Below are positions 39,079-47,454 of a stretch of DNA of 64,000 bases, piece after piece (positions within the stretch are counted from its first letter, which is position 1; each line of letters begins with the position of its first letter). A program made the translations under genes and the position numbers. Source of the DNA: Thermoplasmata archaeon. Its GTDB lineage: Archaea > Thermoplasmatota > Thermoplasmata > Lutacidiplasmatales > UBA184. The notes under the pieces were generated by a model that saw only the letters and a list, made by a program, of their open reading frames with translations, did not search any database and was not told where the DNA came from. Location: NCBI GenBank assembly GCA_021821785.1, contig JAKACD010000001.1, positions 39,964 through 103,963 on the forward strand, written 5' to 3'.

Positions 39079-40035
39079 TTACGGAGGGTTCGGCTCGCTC
39101 CGGCGCTCCGGCCCTGCGGCCGGGGCCAGGACTTCTCGGTATCCCTTCCAGAGACTGTAGCCGCCGATCCCCCCCACGACGGTGACGATCAGAACGAACG
39201 CGACCCCGATCGAGTTGAGGTTCGGGATCGAGCTGCCGGTCCCGAGGGCGTAGTTCTCGATCCACGGCGCCACGGCCACCACGAGCCCGATCGCCACGAA
39301 CGCGAGCCCCCCGACGTAGAGGGTGCGCGCCGCCGTCCGGCGGCCCACGCGCTGCATCTGGGCGAGGCTGAGACGCTTCAGGCGCGCCAGGCGGGCGAAC
39401 AGCGCGCCGGTGATCATCTGCATCACCATGGTCCCGAGCCCGAAGAACCCGCCCACCGCGGCGGCCCACAGGACGTTCGGCATCTCGGGCGCGAGCACAA
39501 AGACGATGATCGTGGCGAACCCACCGATCCCCCATCCCGCGATGAACCCGTGCACGGCGGCCATGCGCAGGGGCACTGGCTTCACCCCGGTCTCCGGTAA
39601 CGGAGACCGCTCCGCGACCGTGCGGTGGTGGGTATGCTCGCGGAAGAACTGGCCAAAGAGACGCTCGAGGAGATGGTCGAGCGGCAGGTGGATATCCGAT
39701 CCGCGGAGCAGGAACCACCCCGCGCCGAACATCGCGATGCCCACGAGGACGTAGATCGGACCGTCCAGGTTGTAGACGAGGTAGATCGACGCGAGCCCGA
39801 GGAACCCGAGCGCCGTGAGGATCGCCCGCTGGACGGCGAAGCCGGTGGAGAAGACGAGACCGGACTTGAGACCTCCCCGGCTCGTGTAGCTGCCGATCGA
39901 GTAGCTGAAGGTGATCGGCCAGGTGTGCTCGTCCGGGGTCCCTCCGTGCAAGAGGCCGAGCACGAACGAGATCGCCAGGAGGATCGGGACCGTGAGCCCG
40001 GTCGGCGGGTTGAGGAAGAAGTCCAGGACTGACAT
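39079..40035 (-). CDS. polytopic membrane protein, putative metal (Ni/Co-type) transporter of the NicO/HoxN-like group
   Basis: 318 aa with 7-8 TM segments and an H-x5-D-E-H motif (LLHGGTPDEHTW). It lies directly downstream of the DtxR-like regulator. The family assignment is tentative. Confidence 0.45.
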   Translation of the reverse strand: MSVLDFFLNPPTGLTVPILLAISFVLGLLHGGTPDEHTWPITFSYSIGSYTSRGGLKSGLVFSTGFAVQRAILTALGFLGLASIYLVYNLDGPIYVLVGIAMFGAGWFLLRGSDIHLPLDHLLERLFGQFFREHTHHRTVAERSPLPETGVKPVPLRMAAVHGFIAGWGIGGFATIIVFVLAPEMPNVLWAAAVGGFFGLGTMVMQMITGALFARLARLKRLSLAQMQRVGRRTAARTLYVGGLAFVAIGLVVAVAPWIENYALGTGSSIPNLNSIGVAFVLIVTVVGGIGGYSLWKGYREVLAPAAGPERRSEPNPP

Positions 40036-40052
40036 CGGGTATGCCACCGGTC

Positions 40053-40484
40053 CTAGCGATGGCCCCGGTCCACTTCGCAGGGGGCGATCGGGTCCCCGTG
40101 CGGGCAGGTCGCGGGATGACCTTCGCTTTCGCAGAGGCGCTCTACGGTCCGGTGGTCGAGGGCGAGATCGATCTCGCGCGCGGCCCGGCACGTCTCTCCC
40201 GCCGGAAACCCGAGTCGGGCGAACAGCTGCTCGGCCACCCGATGGTGCCGTTCGTACTCCCGGAGGCAGGCGTCGCCCCGGGGCGTCAGCCGGCTCTTCC
40301 CCCGACGCCGTGCCACCAGACCGAGCTCCTCGAGCGTCGTGAGGTGCTCGAGCGCCGAGGGGGCCCGCAATTTCAGCTCGGTAGCGATCGACCCGAGGGG
40401 GGCCCCGCGGGGCGGCGTCTCGAGCTGCCGCACGGCCATCAGGGCGTCGAGCTGGCGACGGCTCAGCCGCGCGAGAACCTCCAT
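40053..40484 (-). CDS. DtxR/MntR-family metal-dependent transcriptional regulator
   Basis: An N-terminal wHTH (LSRRQLDALMAV...GSIATELKLRAPSALEHLTTLEELGLV) is followed by a metal-binding/dimerisation segment with His and Cys ligands. Confidence 0.75.
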   Translation of the reverse strand: MEVLARLSRRQLDALMAVRQLETPPRGAPLGSIATELKLRAPSALEHLTTLEELGLVARRRGKSRLTPRGDACLREYERHHRVAEQLFARLGFPAGETCRAAREIDLALDHRTVERLCESEGHPATCPHGDPIAPCEVDRGHR

Positions 40485-40509
40485 GCCCTAGCCAGGCGAG
40501 GCGCTTTAC

Positions 40510-40534
40510 TTAAGGATATACCTAATTTTTAGGA
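40510..40534 (-). promoter_or_regulatory. promoter/operator of the dtxR-like operon: CCTTAAG TATA-like element at -26..-32 plus the perfect palindrome CCTAA-AAA-TTAGG (40522-40534)
   Basis: This is the only strongly AT-rich patch in the region. The 13-bp perfect inverted repeat abuts the TATA-like box, a position typical of archaeal metalloregulator operators. Confidence 0.5.
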
Positions 40535-40659
40535 TGGTTCGAAGCCACCCCACGTCCAGCGGCGCCTCACCCTCCGGGACGGCCCGGCCTGCGCACGTGC
40601 CGGGTGGGGGCGGCCCCTCCGCGTCAGCCACTATTTAGAGGGGCGCGGTCTCCGACTCC

Positions 40660-41040
40660 CGTGGCCTCCAGCCGCCGGCTCTCCGCGATCGTCTTCACCG
40701 ATATGGCGGGCTCGACCGAGCTCGCGCCACGGTCCTTGCGATGTTGGGCGAGCCCGACGAGGCGCGGAGCCTCCTCTCCCAGCACCAAAACGCTCAGAAC
40801 GCCGGATTCGTGAGCGCGGACTACGTCGCCGCTCTCCATGCGGTGATCGGGGAGGGAGAGCACGCGCTCTCGGTGCTCGAGAAGGCAGCCAACGGTGGAG
40901 AGAGCGGCCCTTGGCTCCGGTACATGTCTCCCGCCTTCGACTCTATCCGCAGGGACCCGCGCTTCGGGGCGCTGATCCGCGCGTATCACTTTCCCGAAGC
41001 GGTCACTCAAACGGCTACCGGTGTGCGTCCCGGAACTTAG
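40660..41040 (+). pseudogene. degraded remnant of a bacterial-type class III adenylate/guanylate cyclase-TPR regulator
   Basis: Frame 1 encodes the cyclase-domain start motif LSAIVFTDMAGSTELA, then a stop. An overlapping frame encodes the typical C-terminal tail of AC-TPR proteins (GPWLRYMSPAFDSIRRDPRFGALIRAY). The catalytic and TPR body are missing. Confidence 0.45.
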
Positions 41041-41305
41041 TGGGCAGCCGGCCGGCGTCGGCGCGGGCAAGGCGGCGAGCGACCGGCCGGGTGGGCGGGT
41101 CCGTCGCAATCCGAAGCGTACCCCCCGCCGGCCCCGACCTCGGGCGGCGCTTCGGAGGACCGCGGCCCGGGGGTAGCCGGTGGGCTCAGATTCCGTCCCC
41201 GGCTCGGGCTCACCTATGGGCCGAGGGGTGGCGTGCCGAAAAGGGAGGCCCGTACCGCACCCGGGTAGCGGAGGGCTAAAGGCCCCCGGAGAATCTAGAA
41301 GGTCA

Positions 41306-41572
41306 ATGAGCGAGAATGGCCCCCGGGAGGGTACCCGGGACCTCCCCAAACGGGACCGGGACGCCGGGTATCGGGCGGTCGAACCCGGGACCCCAACCGG
41401 TACGGCGTACGCCGCGCTGGGCCGGGCCGCGGTCCGTCGGAGGGAAGAGATCCTCGAGCTCGTTCGTCAGGGACTGCCCCCACATCGGATCGCCGAGCTC
41501 TATCAGCGCGCGCATCCGCTCGAGTTGCCGATCTCCCTTGACGAGGTCCGGGCCCTGGCCCGCCGTCGGTGA
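41306..41572 (+). CDS. hypothetical small protein with HTH-like C-terminus
   Basis: 88 aa. GAAGGT lies 4 nt upstream of the ATG. The C-terminus REEILELVRQGLPPHRIAELYQRAH is HTH-like. There is no other support. Confidence 0.25.
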   Translation: MSENGPREGTRDLPKRDRDAGYRAVEPGTPTGTAYAALGRAAVRRREEILELVRQGLPPHRIAELYQRAHPLELPISLDEVRALARRR

Positions 41573-41748
41573 TCGGGCGCTCCGCCCAGGCGGCGTGGGA
41601 GCGAGGCGCGAGGGCGCCTTGCCTTCGTCACCGCCCGAAGGTTGGGTGACCGACCGCTCCGGTGAGAGGGGGACTGCCCCCGTAGGGGGTCGCGGCTCGT
41701 GGGACCCATTGCTTCGACCTCCACGACGGGGCGAGTCGCGCCGGCGCA

Positions 41749-41821
41749 AGCCGAGGGAGGGAATCGAACCCCCAGGAAACGGATCTGCAGTCCGTCGCAT
41801 TAACCATTCTGCCACCTCGGC
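41749..41821 (-). tRNA. tRNA-Cys (anticodon GCA)
   Basis: In the reverse complement: acceptor GCCGAGG/CCTCGGC, anticodon stem ACGGA/TCCGT with loop CTGCAGA, T loop TTCGATT, discriminator U. No encoded CCA. Confidence 0.85.
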
Positions 41822-41873
41822 GCGGCGGACGGCAGGGGTCCGCTGTTTAAAGCCCTCGGGGAGCCGCGCCGGA

Positions 41874-42554
41874 TTAGATCGGGCGGAACCCCCGAGCCAG
41901 GAGCCGGGCGCCCGTCAGGAAGCCCAGCCGCACGCGGGCGTTCCATCGAAGCCCGTTCCCACCGGGCTCGACCCGGTGGTGTCGCAGGGCGTTGAGAAGA
42001 TCCTCGGTCGAGGCGACCTCGGCGGGAAACTCGGTGTACGCCCGTCCGAGATCCCCGAGCTCATGGACGTCACTGCCACCCGTAGCCAAGAGGTGGCGGC
42101 GAGCAGCAACGACCTCGGCCCGAAAGTTCTGGATGTTGGAGTTGTGACCGTTCCGGATCTCGAGCCCGTCCACGGCCTCGCCCTCCGCGCAGGCCCGCCC
42201 CGCGCCGTGCGCCCAGCGGAACGGATGGGCGAGGACCGCAAGGCCCCCGCGCGCGTGGACCCAGTCGAGGGTCTCGGCGAGCGAGCGGTGCGGCGGCGGG
42301 GCCTCGGAGATGCCGTACGCGAGCAGATGCCCCTCGCGCGTCGAGACCTCGATACCGGGTAGAACCAGGAGTCCGGGGAAGTTCGAGCGGAGCTCGGGGA
42401 GCCGGCGGTGGCCCTCGACGCTGTTGTGATCGGTGAGCGCGAACCCTTTGAGCCCTACGTAGGACAGCTGGTTTGCGATCTCGGGGAGGCGAAGACGGGA
42501 ATCGGGCGAATGGGCGGAGTGGACGTGGAGGTCCAGCCGAACGGTGCCGCTCAT
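41874..42554 (-). CDS. PHP-domain metal-dependent phosphoesterase
   Basis: LDLHVHSAHSPDS...ALTDHNSVEG...HPFR...GGSDVHE is a PHP His/Asp motif series. Confidence 0.75.
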   Translation of the reverse strand: MSGTVRLDLHVHSAHSPDSRLRLPEIANQLSYVGLKGFALTDHNSVEGHRRLPELRSNFPGLLVLPGIEVSTREGHLLAYGISEAPPPHRSLAETLDWVHARGGLAVLAHPFRWAHGAGRACAEGEAVDGLEIRNGHNSNIQNFRAEVVAARRHLLATGGSDVHELGDLGRAYTEFPAEVASTEDLLNALRHHRVEPGGNGLRWNARVRLGFLTGARLLARGFRPI

Positions 42555-44821
42555 CGCACCTTCGCTCCCGGGGGGACCTCTTCGGGAAGCCGCACGGCGC
42601 GCCCGGGTCCGAAGGCGAGGACCTCCCCGGTCGTCGCCTCGGGACCGGAGAGCCGGACGACGACACGGCCGGGGCCGGCCCAGTCGCCGGGCACGGTCAC
42701 TTCCCGATCCCCGACATTGACTTGCGACCCTCCGCCGGGGGCCGGCCCCACGACCGAGCCGACCCGGAGGACGAGCGCGGCGAACTCCTCGTAAGAGATG
42801 GTCCGGTCGGTTGGGGAGGCGCCGGTCACGTACGCCCCCGCAACGACCTCCCGAGGAGGTTCGAGGAGGACGGCGTGGTCTCCGTGGTCCGCGGCGAGGA
42901 CCATCCCCTGGGAGGTCATCCGCCGAATCGTACGGGGCGCGAGGTTCGCCAGGATCGCCACCGAGCGCCCGAGCAACGCCTCGGGCGGATAGGAGGACCT
43001 CAGGCCGGCGACCAGCGTGCGGGGGGCGCCCTCTCCGACGTCGACCTCGAGGATGTAGAGCTTGTCCGCCGAGGGATGGGGCGCGACGCTCCGGACGGTC
43101 CCGGCTCGGATCGCGAGGATGACCGGACCCCCTGCGGACGGGGCAGGTGTCGGAGGCGTCGTCGTCGGCGACGGAGCCGAAGCCGGCGCCGGTCGGGGGA
43201 AGAGGGGACGGATCTCGCCGAGCGGTCGATCCGGCGCCGGTGGGTCGCCGACGCGGTCCCAGTCACCGGGTCCGGGAGGACCGGATCGACCCAGCATCCG
43301 GAAGACCTCCGCGCTCGAGAACGGAAGGACGGGCGCCAGCCAGGTCGCGATCGCCTGGAGGGACCAGACGGCCTCGTACACCGCGCGAGCGCGCGCCGGC
43401 TCGTCCGCTTGCCATGGGCGGGCCTCGTGGAAGCGGCGGTTCGCTTCTCGCACCTCGCCGAGGGCCAGGTCGAGCGCCTCCTTGAGGTGGACCCGCTCGT
43501 ACTCCTGGGTGATGCGAGCGTGAGCGGACTGGACTCGCGCCTGGATCGCCGGGAGCGCGCTCGGTTCATCCGGGGGAGGAGGAATCTTCCCTCCGTACCG
43601 GTCCCGGACCAGGACGAGCGTGCGCTGGACCAGGTTCCCGTACTGGTTCGCGAGCACCTCCTCGCGGACCTTGTGAAACTCGGCCCAGTCCAGATCGGTG
43701 TCATGGTTCTGGGGGGCGAGGAGCGCGGCGTAGAACCGGATCACGTCGGGCGGATACCGATCGAGCAGCGCCGGAATGAACGCCGCCTCGTCCTCGGTAC
43801 GGGACTTCGAGATCTTGCCGCCGGCGACCCGGAGCCATTCGTTCGCGGGAACGTCGTACGGGAGCTGGAGTCCGCCGACACCGAGAAGGATCCCCGGCCA
43901 GATGATCGTGTGGTGGAACTTGTTGTCCTTGCCGACGAAGTAGTAGGCCCGCACCGACTCGGCGGCGTCCCAGAAGCGGTGCCACGCCCCCGGATCCCCG
44001 TTCCGGATCGCCCACTCCCGGGAGGCGGAGAGATACCCGGTCACCGCGTCGAACCAGACGTAGAAGCGCTTCGCGTCGTAGCCATCGAGCGGAAGCGGGA
44101 TCCCCCACTCGAGGTCACGGGTGATCGGCGTCGGGTGGAGCCCCTCGGCGAGAAAGTTCTCCGCCACGTGGAGGGTGCCCGGGCGCCAGTGGGGTTGGTG
44201 CTGCAGCCACTCCGCGAGCTTCGGCTGGAGTCGGTCGAGCTCGAGGTAGAAGTGCTCGGACGGGCGGAACTCGGCCGGCGTGCCGCACAGCGCACAGCGG
44301 GGCTCCACGAGCTGGCGGGGCTCGAGAGGGCGTCCGCAATTGTCGCACTCGTCGCCACGGGCCTTGTCGAACCCGCAGTACGGACAGCGCCCGTTCAGGT
44401 ACCGGTCCGGCAGGAAGCGGCGATGGTTCGGGCAGTACGCCCCGTCCGCGGTCCTCCGCTGGACGAACCCGTGCTCCAGGAGCGCGAGGAACACCTCCTG
44501 GACGGTCTTCTCGTGCACGACCGTATGGGTCTCGGTGTAAAGGTCGAACGAGAAGCCGAGGCGCTCGAACGACGCCTTGTTGATCTCGTGGTAGCGTCGA
44601 GCGACCGTTTCGGGGGAGACGCCCTCCTTCTCGGCCCGAACGAGCGCGGGCGTTCCGTGCATGTCGGAGCCGGACACCATCAGGACCTCGTGGCCCCGGA
44701 GACGGTGGTATCGCGCGAACGTCTCCCCGGGCAGGTAGGCACCGGCCAGGTGGCCGATATGGAACGGACCGTTCGCGTACGGCCACGCGATGCCGACGAA
44801 GATCCGGGTCGTTTCCTCCAC
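42551..44821 (-). CDS. metG: methionyl-tRNA synthetase with C-terminal tRNA-binding (EMAP/Trbp111-like) domain
   Basis: GTG start. PYANGPFHIGHLAG is the HIGH motif. There is a Cys4 zinc knuckle (CPYCG...CDNCG), KISKS as the KMSKS motif and a C-terminal OB fold. Length is 756 aa. Confidence 0.92.
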   Translation of the reverse strand: MEETTRIFVGIAWPYANGPFHIGHLAGAYLPGETFARYHRLRGHEVLMVSGSDMHGTPALVRAEKEGVSPETVARRYHEINKASFERLGFSFDLYTETHTVVHEKTVQEVFLALLEHGFVQRRTADGAYCPNHRRFLPDRYLNGRCPYCGFDKARGDECDNCGRPLEPRQLVEPRCALCGTPAEFRPSEHFYLELDRLQPKLAEWLQHQPHWRPGTLHVAENFLAEGLHPTPITRDLEWGIPLPLDGYDAKRFYVWFDAVTGYLSASREWAIRNGDPGAWHRFWDAAESVRAYYFVGKDNKFHHTIIWPGILLGVGGLQLPYDVPANEWLRVAGGKISKSRTEDEAAFIPALLDRYPPDVIRFYAALLAPQNHDTDLDWAEFHKVREEVLANQYGNLVQRTLVLVRDRYGGKIPPPPDEPSALPAIQARVQSAHARITQEYERVHLKEALDLALGEVREANRRFHEARPWQADEPARARAVYEAVWSLQAIATWLAPVLPFSSAEVFRMLGRSGPPGPGDWDRVGDPPAPDRPLGEIRPLFPRPAPASAPSPTTTPPTPAPSAGGPVILAIRAGTVRSVAPHPSADKLYILEVDVGEGAPRTLVAGLRSSYPPEALLGRSVAILANLAPRTIRRMTSQGMVLAADHGDHAVLLEPPREVVAGAYVTGASPTDRTISYEEFAALVLRVGSVVGPAPGGGSQVNVGDREVTVPGDWAGPGRVVVRLSGPEATTGEVLAFGPGRAVRLPEEVPPGAKVR

Positions 44822-44998
44822 CTCTCCACCGCACCCGAGCCCGCCCGCGACCTAAGGATTTCGAGGGACGGCCCATGGGACGAACGACTCCCGCCCTCCG
44901 AGGCGGTGGGGCGCTCCCCGCCCGGCCCGCCGCGACGCCGCGTCGCCTTTATCGACCCCGGGGCCTGCTCGACGCCGGTGCCCGAAAACGAGTCGGCG

Positions 44999-45886
44999 AT
45001 GATCCGGCCGGTCGTGCCCGAGGCCGACCAGCTGATCGGGGTGCGCCACCCTGTGCTCAGCCACGGGTTCGTCGCGCTCGTCGACTACATGGGCAATGAC
45101 GCCGCCATCGTCCAGGCGGCCCGGGTTTCCTACGGCCAAGGAACGAAGAGCTTCCGCGATGACCGGGGCTTGATCCGGTACCTGATGCGCCACCGCCACA
45201 CGACGCCGTTCGAGATGGTGGAGTACAAGTTCCTGATTCGGCTCCCCATCTTCGTCGCGCGCCAGTTCATCCGGCACCGCAGCGGCTCGTTCAACGAGTT
45301 CTCGGCCCGGTACTCGATCATGACGGACGAGTACGAAGTGCCCCCCCCCGAGGAGGTCCGGCGCCAATCCACCCGGAACCGCCAGGGCCGGGCCGAGGCG
45401 CTGCCCCCCGAGACCGTGGACCGGTTCCGCTCCGAACTCGATCGAGTTTCCCGGGATGCCTACGCGGTGTACACGCAGGCCCTCGACGCGGGCGTGGCGC
45501 GGGAGACCGCACGTCTCGTGCTGCCGGTGGCCTACTACACCCAGTGGTACTGGAAGACCAACCTGTGGAATCTCTTCCACTTCCTCTCGCTCCGCCTGGA
45601 CCCCCACGCGCAGGAGGAGATCCGGCTCTATGCGGCGGAGATCGCCCGGATCGCGCGCGTCGTCGCCCCGACCGCGTTCGAGGCGTTCGAGGAGTTCCAG
45701 CGCGCCGCGTTGCCGCTCGGCCGTCGGGAGCAGGTGGCCCTGCGGGCCCTTCTCGAAGGGAAGACACCGGAGCAGGCCTGCGCGCTCGCGGGACTGCCGC
45801 TCACTCGGGACGACGGCCGACCGATGACGAGCGGAGAGGGCGTCGAGTTCCTCGAGAAGCTCGAGCGCCTGCGCCGGGCCGACTAG
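44999..45886 (+). CDS. thyX: FAD-dependent thymidylate synthase ThyX
   Basis: RHRHTTPFEMVEYKF...RHRSGSFNEFSARYS is the ThyX RHRxxxxxxxSxRY motif. The start at 44999 is chosen within a 1137-aa artefactual ORF. Confidence 0.88.
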   Translation: MIRPVVPEADQLIGVRHPVLSHGFVALVDYMGNDAAIVQAARVSYGQGTKSFRDDRGLIRYLMRHRHTTPFEMVEYKFLIRLPIFVARQFIRHRSGSFNEFSARYSIMTDEYEVPPPEEVRRQSTRNRQGRAEALPPETVDRFRSELDRVSRDAYAVYTQALDAGVARETARLVLPVAYYTQWYWKTNLWNLFHFLSLRLDPHAQEEIRLYAAEIARIARVVAPTAFEAFEEFQRAALPLGRREQVALRALLEGKTPEQACALAGLPLTRDDGRPMTSGEGVEFLEKLERLRRAD

Positions 45887-45932
45887 ACCCGTGCCCCGTC
45901 CACCGTATAGGCGGACAGGGGTTGGGGCCTGC

Positions 45933-47423
45933 ATGCCGACCCCAGCCCCGCGAGGCGTCTTCCTCGACAACGAATGGCTTCCTTCCGACGGCCGAGCGGT
46001 GGCGGAGGTGATCGATCCGGCGGACGGCTCGACGGTAGGCACCGTCGCGAGCGGGACCGCGGAGGATGCCCGGGCGGCGATGGACTCGGCGGCCCGCGCC
46101 CAGCCGGCGTGGGAGGCGATCGGCGCCGCCGCGCGCGGGAAGATCCTCCTCGCCGTCGCCGAGCGGCTGCGCGCGCGCCGGGAGGAGCTCGCGCGCCTGA
46201 TCACCCGGGAGATGGGCAAGGTCCTCTACGAGAGCCGGGCCGAGGTCGACGGCGCCATCGACAATCTCGAGTACTATCCCGCGTTCGCGCGCACCCTTTC
46301 CGGCGAGGAGGTCGCGGGCCTTCCCTCCGGAGAGACGATGCGCCTCCTCTGGGTCCCGCGCGGCGTCGTGGTCGCGATCACCCCGTGGAACTTCCCGGCC
46401 GCGACGGTCACTCGCAAGATCGCCCCCGCGCTCCTCGGCGGGAACACGATGGTCCTCAAGCCGTCCAGCAACACGCCGCTCTCGGCGCTCTTGATCGCGG
46501 AGGCGTTTCGGGAGGCCGGTCTGCCCCCGGGGGTCCTGAACGTCCTCCCCGGGCCGGGCGGCACCGTGGGCCCGGCCCTGATCCAGCACCCCAAGTGCAG
46601 CACGGTCACCCTCACCGGGTCGACGCGCAGCGGCATCGAGGTCCTGCGCGCCGCCGCGCCGGGCGTCGTCAAGTGCCTCCTCGAGCTGGGGGGGAAAGCC
46701 CCGGTGCTGGTCGGGGCCGACGCCGATCTCGACTGGGCGGCGCGCGCCACGGTCTGGGCCCGATTCTGGAACGCGGGGCAGGCCTGCATCGCCGCCGAGC
46801 GATGCTACGTCGCCGAGAGCGTGAGGGACCGCTTCCGCGCGAAGGTCACGGCGCTCGTGGCCGCGCTCCGGGTCGGGCCCGGTCTCGCGCCCCACGTCGA
46901 TATGGGTCCGCTGTACTCCGCCGGGGCCCGGGAGGCGATGGGCAAGGAGGTGAGCCAGGCGGTCTCAGAGGGAGCGAAGGTGGTGGTCGGCGGGAGCGCG
47001 CCTGCTTCCGGCGCGCTCGCGCGCGGAGCGTTCTATCTCCCGACGGTCCTCGATGGGGTCGAGGATTCGAACTCCGTCGCCCAGGAGGAGATCTTCGGCC
47101 CGGTCCTGCCGCTATTGACCTTCTCGGACTGGGACGACGTGATCGGCCGGGTGAACGCGAGCCGCTACGGTCTCTCGAGCTACGTCTTCACCCGGGATCT
47201 CTCCATCGCCGAGAAGGCGATCCGGGAACTGCGGTACGGGGAGACGTACGTGAACCGGGTCGGTCCCGAGACCCCGCAAGGGTACCACGCCGGCTTCCGC
47301 CAGAGCGGACTCGGCGGGGAGGGGACCGTCTGGGGCGTGCGCGACTACCTCCAGCTCAAGACCGTCTACGTCGACTGGAAGGAGCCGCACCGCGGGGACT
47401 ACTTCCCGCCGTACCCTGACTGA
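45933..47423 (+). CDS. NAD(P)-dependent aldehyde dehydrogenase
   Basis: ITPWNFP, LELGGKAP and EEIFGPV are ALDH catalytic Cys/Glu region motifs. Confidence 0.88.
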   Translation: MPTPAPRGVFLDNEWLPSDGRAVAEVIDPADGSTVGTVASGTAEDARAAMDSAARAQPAWEAIGAAARGKILLAVAERLRARREELARLITREMGKVLYESRAEVDGAIDNLEYYPAFARTLSGEEVAGLPSGETMRLLWVPRGVVVAITPWNFPAATVTRKIAPALLGGNTMVLKPSSNTPLSALLIAEAFREAGLPPGVLNVLPGPGGTVGPALIQHPKCSTVTLTGSTRSGIEVLRAAAPGVVKCLLELGGKAPVLVGADADLDWAARATVWARFWNAGQACIAAERCYVAESVRDRFRAKVTALVAALRVGPGLAPHVDMGPLYSAGAREAMGKEVSQAVSEGAKVVVGGSAPASGALARGAFYLPTVLDGVEDSNSVAQEEIFGPVLPLLTFSDWDDVIGRVNASRYGLSSYVFTRDLSIAEKAIRELRYGETYVNRVGPETPQGYHAGFRQSGLGGEGTVWGVRDYLQLKTVYVDWKEPHRGDYFPPYPD

Positions 47424-47454
47424 GGGGAGCGACCCGTCCTCCGCCGGGGCCCGC

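Noticed and set aside
40485-41748. Integrated mobile element at tRNA-Cys
   Set aside because: No integrase, no direct repeat of the tRNA 3' half and no phage/plasmid genes were found. Only a pseudogene fragment and a weak small ORF are present. It is downgraded to possible old remnant.
42473-45886. 1137-aa ORF on the plus strand spanning the antisense of metG
   Set aside because: Only its last 295 codons (thyX, from ATG 44999) have a recognisable protein signature. The rest is the antisense frame of metG and is Arg/Gly/Pro-rich, a typical open-frame artefact of 70% GC DNA.
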